The notes beneath the pieces were generated by a model, which was not told the origin of the DNA, did not search any database, and saw only the letters and a program-made list of their open reading frames with translations. A stretch of 38,527 nucleotides of DNA, taken from an uncultured bacterium. GTDB lineage: Bacteria > Chlamydiota > Chlamydiia > Chlamydiales > VFKH01. Position numbers and translations under genes: made by a program. This document shows positions 25,562 through 34,623 of the stretch, one piece after another (position 1 is the stretch's first letter; the number at the start of each line of letters is the position of its first letter). The stretch lies in contig CAIMEJ010000075.1 in the NCBI GenBank assembly GCA_903839985.1, forward strand, positions 1 to 38,527, written 5' to 3'.

Positions 25562-25849
25562 CTACTCACTTAAAGCTTCATGAGAAACTTCTGCAGGAGC
25601 TGCTTCTGCAACAACTTCCGGTTCAATAAGCTCAAGTCTTACATGTTTACCCAGACGTGCAGAAATGGCCGTAACAATAGTTCTTAAAGCTTTAATTGTA
25701 TTGCCCTGACGTCCTACAACTTTACCAATGTCTGTTTTAGGAACGCGGATTTCGATAATCATACCACGTTCGCCTTCAAAGCTGCCGACATTGATGTGCT
25801 GAGGGTTGTCTACAAGGTTTTTAACAATATATTCGACGAATTCTTTCAT
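25562..25849 (-). CDS. KH-domain RNA-binding protein (UPF0109/YlqC family) with an acidic C-terminal tail
   Basis: The sequence MKEFVEYIVKNLVDNPQHINV...IGKVVGRQGNTIKALRTIV contains the GxxG KH motif. The ATG at 25849 is preferred over the upstream TTG at 25867 used by the ORF track. Confidence 0.8.
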   Translation of the reverse strand: MKEFVEYIVKNLVDNPQHINVGSFEGERGMIIEIRVPKTDIGKVVGRQGNTIKALRTIVTAISARLGKHVRLELIEPEVVAEAAPAEVSHEALSE

Positions 25850-25964
25850 GTATTTCTCTTTTTTCAATCAGTTAGGATATAATCAATGCTATCAACTGCA
25901 TCAGTTCAGATTCGGATCTTTTATCTAGATAGTATCGAACTGACACTTACAACAGGAAAAGATT

Positions 25965-26624
25965 ATGGAATGGGTCAAAAACTATCAACTCTTTTTATTC
26001 GATTTTGATGGATTGCTTGTGGACACCGAGCATTTGCACTACAAGGCCTACCTTTCTATGTGTAGGGCTAGAGGTTTTGATCTGCCCTGGAGCTTTCAAG
26101 ATTTTGCTAATATTGCTCATTTTAGTGCTACGGGTTTAAAAGAAAATCTATATGCAGTTTTACCGCTTTTGCAAGAGCAGGAATCTGACTGGAGTCTTTT
26201 GTATAAAGAAAAGCAGGCCCTCTATCAGCAGATGCTTACCTCAGAGGGGGCTTTTTTAATGCCGGGTGTAGAAGCTCTTTTGGCAACACTTGAAGAGGAG
26301 GATATCAAAAGGGTTGTCGTTACGAATTCTGTGAAAATGCAAACGGACCTTATTATTTCTTTTAACCCTCTTTTAAAGACCATTCCTTACTGGATTACCA
26401 GAGAGCAGTATAAAAATCCTAAACCAGCCGGTGATTGCTACCAGTTAGCCTTGGAAAGACATCAATTGCCAGGAGAAAGGGCCATTGGCTTCGAAGACAC
26501 ACCGCGTGGGATAAAAGCTTTGCAGCAATCTGCGGCTGAAGCTGTTTTAATATCACCCGTTGCTTATGAGGGTTTGGGCGTTAAGCATTATTTCTCCTTC
26601 GACAAGATAGAGAACTTATTGTAA
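25965..26624 (+). CDS. HAD-superfamily hydrolase (beta-phosphoglucomutase/phosphatase-like)
   Basis: Motif I is LFLFDFDGLLVDTE, motif II is VVTNS, and motif III/IV is KPAGD...GFEDTPRG. Confidence 0.8.
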   Translation: MEWVKNYQLFLFDFDGLLVDTEHLHYKAYLSMCRARGFDLPWSFQDFANIAHFSATGLKENLYAVLPLLQEQESDWSLLYKEKQALYQQMLTSEGAFLMPGVEALLATLEEEDIKRVVVTNSVKMQTDLIISFNPLLKTIPYWITREQYKNPKPAGDCYQLALERHQLPGERAIGFEDTPRGIKALQQSAAEAVLISPVAYEGLGVKHYFSFDKIENLL

Positions 26625-26634
26625 TGTAATTTTC

Positions 26635-27273
26635 ATGAAAAAATTAAATATTCTCTTCCAAAAAAACGAAGATTGGGTGCTGAGTAAAATCCGTAAGGAT
26701 AGCAGTTATTTTCGCGTGATGGCAGAAGCTCAAGATCCTCATTATATGTGGGTTGGGTGTTCAGACTCTCGTGTTCCGGCTAATGAAATAGTAGGGCTTG
26801 AACCAGGTGAGCTTTTTGTCCATCGCAATGTGGCCAATCTCTTTCCCCATACAGATTTTAACTGCCTTTCCGTTTTGGAATATGCCGTTGATCTTCTCAA
26901 AATTCAGCACGTGATCGTTTGTGGCCATTATGGCTGTGGGGGAGTTAAGGCGGCTATGGAAGATCATCAGCTTGGGCTTGTGGATAACTGGCTCCGCAAT
27001 ATCCGTGATGTATACACGCGTTTTGAAAGCGAGCTCGAAGCTATTGAAGATCTCCAGAAGCGCTATGATCGTCTTGTAGAGCTCAATGTGGAGCAGCAAG
27101 TCTTGAATATCTGTCATACGACCATTGTGCAAAGTGCCTGGAAGCGAGGGCAGCCGATTACCGTCCATGGGTGGGTATATAATATGGCTACTGGTCGTCT
27201 TAAAGACCTTAAATGTTGTATATCAGGAGCAGACCAGCTAGCTGACATCTATCGTATTAATACAGAAAGTTAA
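26635..27273 (+). CDS. can: Beta-class carbonic anhydrase
   Basis: It has the zinc-ligand motifs CSDSRVP and VCGHYGCGGV, plus HRNVAN. Confidence 0.9.
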   Translation: MKKLNILFQKNEDWVLSKIRKDSSYFRVMAEAQDPHYMWVGCSDSRVPANEIVGLEPGELFVHRNVANLFPHTDFNCLSVLEYAVDLLKIQHVIVCGHYGCGGVKAAMEDHQLGLVDNWLRNIRDVYTRFESELEAIEDLQKRYDRLVELNVEQQVLNICHTTIVQSAWKRGQPITVHGWVYNMATGRLKDLKCCISGADQLADIYRINTES

Positions 27274-27322
27274 AATCTGTTTGATCTCAGAAACGCAGGA
27301 GCTTTATTTACAAACCTGTACA

Positions 27323-28072
27323 TTAATATTTTGGGTAATGGACGTTTACGAGAAATAAGCCGTGGGGTGGGGCTCCTTCAGGAGCTAAGCGACGGTCACG
27401 TGCTGTAAAGAGAGAAGGCACACTGTTTTCTGGCAGGCGCTTTTGGGCAATAGCAATGAGTGTTCCGGTAATATTGCGTACCATCTTGTAGAGAAAGCCC
27501 GTGCCTTCAAATTCGAGGCGAAGCCCTCCTTCCTCCTCCAAAACATCTAGTCGAAGGAGTGTGCGGGTGGCATCACCAGAAGAGCTTCCTTTATTAGCAA
27601 AAGAGGTAAAATCATGAGTTCCGATGAAGTCCGGAGCAGCTAGGCGCAGAAGATTTATATCCAGGGGCTGGTTAGGGCGCCAGGCATAGAGACGTTTTGT
27701 TGGGGGTATAAAAGGCTCTAGAATAAGGTGATAATGGTACTCTTTTGAGATAGCGCTATGTTGCGCGTGAAAGGTCTCGGACACTTGTTCCAGGTCTAGT
27801 ATACGAATAGAGGGGGGTAGAAGGCCATTTAAGCTATAGAGAAAGCGACTTTTAGAGAGTTCTTTTGAAGCTTGAAAGTGAGCCACTTGGCCAAGGGCAT
27901 GTACCCCTTGATCTGTACGGCCAGAACCTATGAGTCTTATAGGTTCATTCACATGGATTTCAATAGCTTTTCGGATGAGAGCTTGGATAGAGTGGCTATT
28001 ATCTTGTTGCTGCCATCCATGAAAGTCTGTGCCATCGTAGGCTATAAGAACTTTGTAATTATGACTGGCCAT
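27323..28072 (-). CDS. truA: tRNA pseudouridine(38-40) synthase TruA
   Basis: It has IAYDGTDFHGWQ and the catalytic Asp motif GSGRTDQGVHALGQV. Confidence 0.92.
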   Translation of the reverse strand: MASHNYKVLIAYDGTDFHGWQQQDNSHSIQALIRKAIEIHVNEPIRLIGSGRTDQGVHALGQVAHFQASKELSKSRFLYSLNGLLPPSIRILDLEQVSETFHAQHSAISKEYHYHLILEPFIPPTKRLYAWRPNQPLDINLLRLAAPDFIGTHDFTSFANKGSSSGDATRTLLRLDVLEEEGGLRLEFEGTGFLYKMVRNITGTLIAIAQKRLPENSVPSLFTARDRRLAPEGAPPHGLFLVNVHYPKY

Positions 28073-28952
28073 GTAGCGTAATAAGGGTTATTTCGGGGCG
28101 GGAAAAAAGACGGAAATGAATATGAGACCCTATACCTCTACTGATAAAAAGCTTTTTATGACCGATAGGAATAAGTCCACGGCGCAGCCTTTTATCTTGA
28201 AGAAGAAGATCGCGGATAAGGGGTATATTAAACTGGCTACCGTGGGTGTGTCCTGAGAGTATAAGGTCACCGGGATATTCTTCTAAGAGCTTAGCAGTTA
28301 CAGGGTTATGACAAAGAACGAGCCCGGGGAAATCAGCAATCCAGTTTTTAAAAGCTTTGTCTAGATGAACATCACGTGCAAAAAAGTCGCCTAGGCCCGC
28401 GATATTTAGAAAGGATCCAGCTTTTGTGATCTGTATTGTTTCGTTATGCAGAAGTTGAAAAGAGGTTTTTTGAAGGAGTTCTAAAAGCTTTGTATGCCCA
28501 GAGAGGTTAGAAGGGCTTCTATGATTCTTAAAGCGGCTCAAAAGAGAGAGCTTTTTATCTAGCACAACACTTTGACCGCGAGAATCTAAGGAAACATAGG
28601 AGTTATAGTCATGATTGCCAAGGACCGCAAAGCAGCCATAGGGGGCCTTAAATTCAGCTAAAAATTGTTGAAGTACTTCTGGTTGATGTAGTTGAGCATA
28701 GCAAAGAAAGTCACCGGTAAAGAGGATGCAGTCGGGCTTTAATTTTTTTGCTTGCTGGAGGGTACGGCGCAGCACTAAGGAGGGTTTACTGGCAAAATGA
28801 AGGTCCGAAAGATGAAGGCATGTAAATCCTTCAAAGGCTTTGGGTAACTGGGGTAGATGAATGGGTAGGCGGCTTGTTTCTAGCCAAGAGGGCTCAAGGA
28901 AGCGAGGCCATATTCCTATTAAAGAGAGTGCTGCTAAAGTGTTTACAATCAT
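28059..28952 (-). CDS. Calcineurin-like metallophosphoesterase with an N-terminal membrane anchor
   Basis: The motifs are LHLSDLH, TGDF, LGNHD and SGHTHG. The 3' end overlaps the truA start by 14 nt. Confidence 0.85.
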   Translation of the reverse strand: MIVNTLAALSLIGIWPRFLEPSWLETSRLPIHLPQLPKAFEGFTCLHLSDLHFASKPSLVLRRTLQQAKKLKPDCILFTGDFLCYAQLHQPEVLQQFLAEFKAPYGCFAVLGNHDYNSYVSLDSRGQSVVLDKKLSLLSRFKNHRSPSNLSGHTKLLELLQKTSFQLLHNETIQITKAGSFLNIAGLGDFFARDVHLDKAFKNWIADFPGLVLCHNPVTAKLLEEYPGDLILSGHTHGSQFNIPLIRDLLLQDKRLRRGLIPIGHKKLFISRGIGSHIHFRLFSRPEITLITLHGQS

Positions 28953-28999
28953 AGGAGATAACCAAAAAGATTACCTCCTATGTTAACATTTTAATCTAA

Positions 29000-29254
29000 T
29001 TAACTGCCAATATGTTTAGAGACAGCCTTAGTCATAGCGAACATGTTAATGGTTTTTTTACCAAGAACCGGAGCTAATGTGTCATCAGGAATGATGTCTC
29101 TCATGTTATTTGGGTCTTGTCTTTTATGTTTTTTAATATAAGCCCACAATTTCTTGGTGACTTCTGTACGGGGCATAGGGCCGGGGCCCACAATTTTTGT
29201 AAGCTCGGCGCTTATTTTAACGGGTTTTTTGAGTGCGGATCCTTTTTCTGCCAT
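29000..29254 (-). CDS. SWIB/MDM2-domain protein
   Basis: The 84-aa sequence MPRTEVTKKLWAYIKKHKRQDPNNMRDIIPDDTLAPVLGKKTINMFAMTKAVSKHI matches the SWIB pattern. An AAGGAG SD lies upstream. Confidence 0.9.
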   Translation of the reverse strand: MAEKGSALKKPVKISAELTKIVGPGPMPRTEVTKKLWAYIKKHKRQDPNNMRDIIPDDTLAPVLGKKTINMFAMTKAVSKHIGS

Positions 29255-29297
29255 TTCCTTTTCTCCTTTACAGGGTTGAGACGAAATTTACTAATTT

Positions 29298-31538
29298 TTG
29301 CTGCATTTAAGTAGGTTTTTACCAATACTTCGTGCATGGTTTTTTGCAGTTGCAGTTTATACGGTACTTGCACTTTTATTAGGCTTACACATTTATAGTC
29401 AAAAGAATTCCCTCATGGATGAACACAAGAGCGCTGAGTTGAAGAAAAGATTAGAAGATCTTATGCGTCTAGAAGCTTCTCTTAAAAAGGTACAGTCTTT
29501 AGAGGATAAAGAGCGTATTTTGAATGGCTTAATTGCTGTAAAAAACTTTTCTTCTAACAAGATTTTAGGTTCATTATCTCTCGAGGAAAGGCTCGTTGCA
29601 AAAAGTTGCATAGCTATTGGCGAGTGGAGGGGTAATAAGTTCTTAGAAAACCTTCCTTATCTCAAGCTAGTGCACGATTTTTTTCGTTCCTGGGAAGGTC
29701 TTATCGGTTATCAGAGAATAACCTTAGAAGCCCTTCTGGGTGTAAAAATAGACCCACATAAACATTTGTTAGAAGCTCCGGGTCTTGATATAGTTCAGGA
29801 TAGCCCTGAGCTCTCTAGCGCTATCTTTGAAGGAATTATTTCGCAGCAACTTACGGCTGAAATGTGGCCCGTCGGAGGCGCTGGAGATAGGCTGGGTCTT
29901 GTGGACGAAGTAAGTGGAGAACCGCTTCCTGCAGCTCTTTTAGATTTTTGTGGGTATAATTTATTAGAAGGTCTTGTACGTGATCTTTTCGCCCGTGAAT
30001 GGCTCTATTTCAAGATTCATGGCAAGCAGTTAACAACACCTGTTGGCCTCATGACCTCTTTAGAAAAAAATAATCATGCGCATATTGTGGGCCTTTTTGA
30101 GGGGTCTTCTTTTTATGGACGTCCTAAAGAATCGCTTCAATGTTTTATGCAACCGCTGGTCCCAGTTATTGACATGGAAGGGCATTGGCAGTATGACGAA
30201 AAGGGACATGTTAAAATGAAACCCGGAGGGCATGGTGTTATTTGGAAGCTCGCTTTCGACCATCATATTTTAGAGTGGTTTAAGGATTCTGGACGTAAAG
30301 CCTTTATTGTTAGGCAGATAAATAACCCCGTTGCAGCTACGGATTATGGATTATTGGCTCTGCTTGGTTATGGAATAGCTCATCATAAAAAAATCGGTTT
30401 TTTATCCTGTGAGAGGGTTGTTGGTGCGGCTGAAGGCATGAATCTCTTAATTGAAAAAGAGGTTCAAGGACAGTATGAGTATGCTCTTTCGAATGTGGAG
30501 TACACGGAATTTCCTCGATATAATTTAAAAGATTCTCCGCGTTCTGAAAATAGTCCTTACTCGATCTATCCCTCTAACACTAATATTTTATTTGCCTCTA
30601 TTGAAGCCATCGAAGAGGCTGTTCAAAAACTGCCTTTACCAGGGCCCTTACTTAATTTTAAAGGAACTCCTCTTGCAGCGCGCTTAGAGACGATGATGCA
30701 GAATATAGCAGATGTTATTAGCGTTGTAAATCCTACTCGGCTAGAAGCATCAGAGCTAGAAGAAAAGCTTCCTAGCTATATTCTATACGGAGAAAGACGC
30801 AAAACTATTTCTGTTACTAAAAACACGTATGTAGCTGGAAAAAGTATCAAAGAAACTCCTCTTGGAGCACTCTATGATTATTTTGCCAATATGCAAGAAC
30901 TTTTTAGGAAGCATTGTGGCTTTTTAGTGCCTCCTCTATCTCCTGTAGAGGAGTTTGTAGATAAGGGCGCTATTACAGCTATTATCATGCATCCAGCCCT
31001 AGGCCCTTTATGGGATATCATAGGTCAAAAAATTCAAAAGGGAGCTTTGCATAAACAGGCAGAGCTTATTTTGGATATAGAAGCTGTCTCTATTCATACA
31101 CTCGTTGTTAAAGGCTCTTTAATGATTCAGGCGGTTAAGCCCCTTGGTCAGACAAATGAGCAGGGGCATATTCTTTTTAGTGAAAAAAGGGGGCGAGCTT
31201 CTTTACAAAATGTGACGGTAAGCAACAATGCACTAGTGCGTCCACTTGCCGAATACTTAAAAAGACCGCTAGCTAAAAGAGGTTTATCCATAACACTCGA
31301 GGGTTTCTCAGAGATTGATATCTCCGATACCATTTTTGAAGAAGAAGAAGAGATTATTGTGCCCCATGGCTATAGGCTTCTTATCCAAAAAGGGCTGCGT
31401 ACTTTGGAGCCGATTACAGAGCCCTCTTGGCAATGGAACTACACAGCAAGTAATAAGGGTGTATTTTTAAATTATGAAAATCGTTTTCCTCAGCAAAAAG
31501 CACTTTCTCAAAACGCGCAGCGATCAATTTCTCATTGA
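29298..31538 (+). CDS. UDPGP-family (eukaryote-type UDP-sugar pyrophosphorylase-like) nucleotidyltransferase with a possible N-terminal TM anchor and coiled coil
   Basis: It has a pyrophosphorylase loop (WPVGGAGDRLGL, cf. GGxGTRLG), KPGGHGVIW (cf. P-x-GHGD) and VRQINNP (cf. DN-x-L). The start is uncertain: TTG at 29298 is only 43 nt from the divergent SWIB ATG, and the first ATG is at 29415. Confidence 0.65.
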   Translation: MLHLSRFLPILRAWFFAVAVYTVLALLLGLHIYSQKNSLMDEHKSAELKKRLEDLMRLEASLKKVQSLEDKERILNGLIAVKNFSSNKILGSLSLEERLVAKSCIAIGEWRGNKFLENLPYLKLVHDFFRSWEGLIGYQRITLEALLGVKIDPHKHLLEAPGLDIVQDSPELSSAIFEGIISQQLTAEMWPVGGAGDRLGLVDEVSGEPLPAALLDFCGYNLLEGLVRDLFAREWLYFKIHGKQLTTPVGLMTSLEKNNHAHIVGLFEGSSFYGRPKESLQCFMQPLVPVIDMEGHWQYDEKGHVKMKPGGHGVIWKLAFDHHILEWFKDSGRKAFIVRQINNPVAATDYGLLALLGYGIAHHKKIGFLSCERVVGAAEGMNLLIEKEVQGQYEYALSNVEYTEFPRYNLKDSPRSENSPYSIYPSNTNILFASIEAIEEAVQKLPLPGPLLNFKGTPLAARLETMMQNIADVISVVNPTRLEASELEEKLPSYILYGERRKTISVTKNTYVAGKSIKETPLGALYDYFANMQELFRKHCGFLVPPLSPVEEFVDKGAITAIIMHPALGPLWDIIGQKIQKGALHKQAELILDIEAVSIHTLVVKGSLMIQAVKPLGQTNEQGHILFSEKRGRASLQNVTVSNNALVRPLAEYLKRPLAKRGLSITLEGFSEIDISDTIFEEEEEIIVPHGYRLLIQKGLRTLEPITEPSWQWNYTASNKGVFLNYENRFPQQKALSQNAQRSISH

Positions 31539-32334
31539 ATTGCTTTCAGAAGAGGCCAGTGTAGTAGTTTTTCGCCGTGAAGAGCACTCTTCCTGGGATC
31601 TTTTTAGAAAAATCCGCCAAGAAAAACCGGACTTAATCCTCTTTTTTGCAACACCCCCCTCCTTTTTTCATCATATTTTACGTTTCCCCCTAACGCCTAA
31701 AATTTTCGTGCCTATGTATGATGGATTCAGGCCATTTAAGGCTCTTAAAGAAAATCTTTTTCGATTTTTTGGTTTGAAGGCGCTTTGTTTTTCAAGCCCT
31801 ATGGCGGAGTATCATACCCAAATTGGCCTGAAGACTCTTAGTGTGCGTTATTTCCCCAAACCTCTATCTAAAGAATTCCACGCCAAGACGGGTCCATATA
31901 CTTTTTTTTTCTGGCAGCGTAATAAAGAGATCACCTTATCCCTTATAAGGTCCGTTATCGGTGATGAGAATATAAATAAAATATTTTATAGATCTGAATT
32001 CGATGCAAATGCCCCTTTTCTAGAGAGAGTAGATGGGTGGCTTTCAAAAGAAGAGCTCCAGGAGGTAGTACAAAAAGTGGATTTTGTTATCGCTCCACGG
32101 ACCCAGGAGGGTATTGGAATGGCTTTTTTGGAGGCCTTAGCAGCTGGCACTCCTGTCATTGCCTATGATGACCATACCATGAAAGACTATATTACTCCGG
32201 GCCTTAACGGTTATCTTTTTAAAGAGAAGAGGATAGACCTTAGCCCTCCAAAGGACATAACAGCTAGTAATAAAGCTTTTTATGATCGCTGGGTAGAAGA
32301 TCGTTTGAAAATAAAATCTTTTGTGGGATTTTAG
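31474..32334 (+). CDS. Short GT-B glycosyltransferase (GT1/GT4-like)
   Basis: It has the C-terminal E-x7-E region EGIGMAFLEALAAGTPVIAYDDHTMKDYITPGLNGYLF. The start MKIVFLS overlaps the upstream ORF by 65 nt in another frame. Confidence 0.7.
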   Translation: MKIVFLSKKHFLKTRSDQFLIELLSEEASVVVFRREEHSSWDLFRKIRQEKPDLILFFATPPSFFHHILRFPLTPKIFVPMYDGFRPFKALKENLFRFFGLKALCFSSPMAEYHTQIGLKTLSVRYFPKPLSKEFHAKTGPYTFFFWQRNKEITLSLIRSVIGDENINKIFYRSEFDANAPFLERVDGWLSKEELQEVVQKVDFVIAPRTQEGIGMAFLEALAAGTPVIAYDDHTMKDYITPGLNGYLFKEKRIDLSPPKDITASNKAFYDRWVEDRLKIKSFVGF

Positions 32335-32354
32335 ACTCTGATATACTGCAGCAT

Positions 32355-33453
32355 ATGTACACAGATATTAATGATCGTATAAGCCAAATGGGTGAGCGCC
32401 TCCATGCCCTTTTGAGGTGTCTTTGACCAGCCCCAGAAAAAGAAACGACTAACAGAGCTCGAAGGGATGATGTCCCAAGAGCATTTTTGGAATGATAGCA
32501 CCGAAGCTAAGAAAATTATTGATGAGGTGGCGGCCCTTAAGGGCTGGCTTGAACCCCTTGTCAAAATAGCCGACTCCTACAACGATGTAGTAGCACTTAT
32601 TCCAGAAGTGGATCCTGAAAAAGATAAAGCCTTTTATCAAGAACTTCTCCAGCAATTAGATAGAACAGAAAAAGAGTTAGAGCAGCTTGAATTTAAAAAG
32701 ATGCTCTCTCATCCCTTTGATGCAAAAAATTGTTATCTTACTATTAATGCCGGTGCTGGTGGTACAGAGGCCTGTGATTGGGCTCTTATGTTATCACGCA
32801 TGTATCAGAGGTGGGCGAGTCGTAAGGGGTGGAAAGTGGAAGTTGTGGAGATGCAAGACGGGGATGTTGTTGGTATAAAAAGCGTAACATACAGAATGTC
32901 AGGATCTTACTGCTATGGATATGCCAAGGCTGAAAAAGGTGTTCATCGGCTTGTGCGCATTTCACCCTTTGATTCTAATGCTAAAAGGCACACAAGCTTC
33001 GCCTCTGTGGATGTAACTCCTGAAATCGATGATGATATTGAGATTGCTATTCGTCCAGAAGATTTAAGAATCGATACCTATAGAGCTTCTGGCGCTGGTG
33101 GTCAGCACGTTAATAAAACAGACTCCGCTGTTCGTATTACACATCTAGCAACGGGTATTGTGGTATCTTGTCAGGCAGAAAGAAGTCAGCTACAAAATAA
33201 AGAGACCTGTATGAAGATGTTGAAGAGTAAGCTCTATGAGAGGGAAGTGGCTTTACGAGAAGATACTCTTGCAAAGGAAGCAGGGGAAAAGAAAGAGAAT
33301 GCTTTTGGTAGTCAGATTCGCAACTATGTTTTTCAACCTTATCAACTTGTAAAAGATACCCGAACAAGTTATGAAGTGGGGGATATAGGAGCTATGATGG
33401 ATGGAGAGCTCTTAGATGATTTTATTGTGGCATATCTTAAACAAATAGGATGA
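32355..33453 (+). CDS. prfB: Peptide chain release factor 2, requiring a programmed +1 ribosomal frameshift at 32424
   Basis: Frame-0 ORF ATG 32355..CTT TGA (32421-32426) encodes MYTDINDRISQMGERLHALLRCL. The +1 frame continues DQPQKKKRLTELEGMMSQEHFW... into the 328-aa track ORF, which has the SPF tripeptide (RISPFDS) and the GGQ motif (SGAGGQHVNKT). Confidence 0.92.
32414..32427 (+). promoter_or_regulatory. prfB autoregulatory +1 frameshift cassette
   Basis: It reads GAGG TGT CTT TGA C: an internal SD-like GAGG, a 3-nt spacer, the slippery CTT, then an in-frame TGA followed by C. This is the same layout as E. coli AGGGGG TAT CTT TGA C. Confidence 0.9.
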
Positions 33454-33456
33454 TTT

Positions 33457-33945
33457 GTGAGCTATACTTTACGTTATACACAAGAGGGAGATGCAGCCTA
33501 CCTAAAAGATTGGCTCAATGATCCAGAAATTATTAACTGGTTTCCGATGGAGCTGGGCCCTGAACTCGATGATAGTGTTAAACATTGGATTAGTTACTAC
33601 CGCTTTAACTGTAGCTTAACGGCCCTTATAGATGACATCCCTTGTGGTCTTTGTACGTTGAATCTTCTGCCTTATCGCAAAATCGCCCATCAATGCTTGC
33701 TTTCCATTATAGTGGATAAAAATGAACGTAGTAAAGGTGTGGGATCACTTCTTTTGAATAATATTATCCACCTAGCTAAAGAGCAGTTTAAAATGACACA
33801 TCTCTATCTAGAGGTCTACGTGGGAAATCCGGCTATTCATTTATATAAAAGATTTGGATTTAAGCAGGTGGGTTGTCAGGATCATTATGTAAGACTATCT
33901 GATGGTAGTTACCTGGGCAAAATTATTATGGAACGCGCCTTATAG
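33457..33945 (+). CDS. GNAT-family N-acetyltransferase
   Basis: It has the acetyl-CoA motif A (VDKNERSKGVGSLLLNNIIHLAK) and YKRFGFKQVG. The start is GTG, 3 nt after the prfB stop. Confidence 0.85.
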   Translation: MSYTLRYTQEGDAAYLKDWLNDPEIINWFPMELGPELDDSVKHWISYYRFNCSLTALIDDIPCGLCTLNLLPYRKIAHQCLLSIIVDKNERSKGVGSLLLNNIIHLAKEQFKMTHLYLEVYVGNPAIHLYKRFGFKQVGCQDHYVRLSDGSYLGKIIMERAL

Positions 33946-34623
33946 ATGTATTCTTCTGAGGAGATTCATACTTTTTTAAGCAGTTCCAGTGGTCTTTCAG
34001 TAGATCTTATTATCAATGAAAATAAGCGCTATCTTTTTACAGTTTTAGAAAAAAAACGCAGATCGGTACGCATTTCGCTCCATAGGATGTTTTTAGAGGC
34101 TCCTTTAGCTGTTCTAGAGGATTTGAGCCTATATCTTCAAACAGGAAAGAAGAGTTTCTTGATGTCCATCTCTCAGTTTATAGATGAAAAAAGCTATCAA
34201 CAGCCATATCTGCAGAGAGTAGAACCACAAGCCTTGCATACAACAGGTGATTATTATGATTTGCCGGCTATTTTAAGTCGTTTGCAAGAAGATTTTTTTG
34301 AACATAAAGGTCCGAATCTTATCACCTGGTTTGGGCAAAAAAAAACGCGTTCGCGCATTATTTTTGGTGAGTATCAGCCTCTTTTACAGTTGGTGAAAAT
34401 TAATAAAAAGCTTGATCACCCAAGTGTCCCTGATTATTTTGTGGACTATGTCGTTTTTCATGAAATGCTTCATCACGTTATCCCCTCTTCTACAATGCCC
34501 TCTGGTAGGCGCTCTATTCATGGTCCAGAGTTTCGTAAAAGAGAAAAGAGCTATATCCACTTTAAAAAGGCTGTAGAATGGCAAAACAAACATAAGCATC
34601 TATTTTTTGAAGGAGTTTTCTGA
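33946..34623 (+). CDS. DUF45/YgjP (SprT/WLM-like) zinc metallopeptidase-fold protein
   Basis: It has an HExxH motif in the family context (YVVFHEMLHHVIPS...HGPEFRKRE). Its ATG immediately follows the GNAT stop. Confidence 0.75.
   Translation: MYSSEEIHTFLSSSSGLSVDLIINENKRYLFTVLEKKRRSVRISLHRMFLEAPLAVLEDLSLYLQTGKKSFLMSISQFIDEKSYQQPYLQRVEPQALHTTGDYYDLPAILSRLQEDFFEHKGPNLITWFGQKKTRSRIIFGEYQPLLQLVKINKKLDHPSVPDYFVDYVVFHEMLHHVIPSSTMPSGRRSIHGPEFRKREKSYIHFKKAVEWQNKHKHLFFEGVF

Noticed and set aside
26761-27168. 135-aa ORF antisense to the carbonic anhydrase gene, along with other short antisense or out-of-frame track ORFs (e.g. 143-349, 199-588, 938-1300, 6156-6521, 8299-8583, 15082-15423, 16127-16438)
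   Set aside because: All are nested inside longer ORFs that carry clear family motifs on the other strand or frame. None has independent support.
28950-28979. Inverted repeat TAGGAG..CTCCTA, considered as the terminator of the SWIB gene
   Set aside because: It has only a 6-bp stem, a 17-nt loop and no T-tract, so it is too weak to call.
32331-32564. 77-aa minus-strand ORF spanning the glycosyltransferase/prfB junction
   Set aside because: It overlaps the prfB frameshift region, which is fully explained by RF2 coding on the plus strand.
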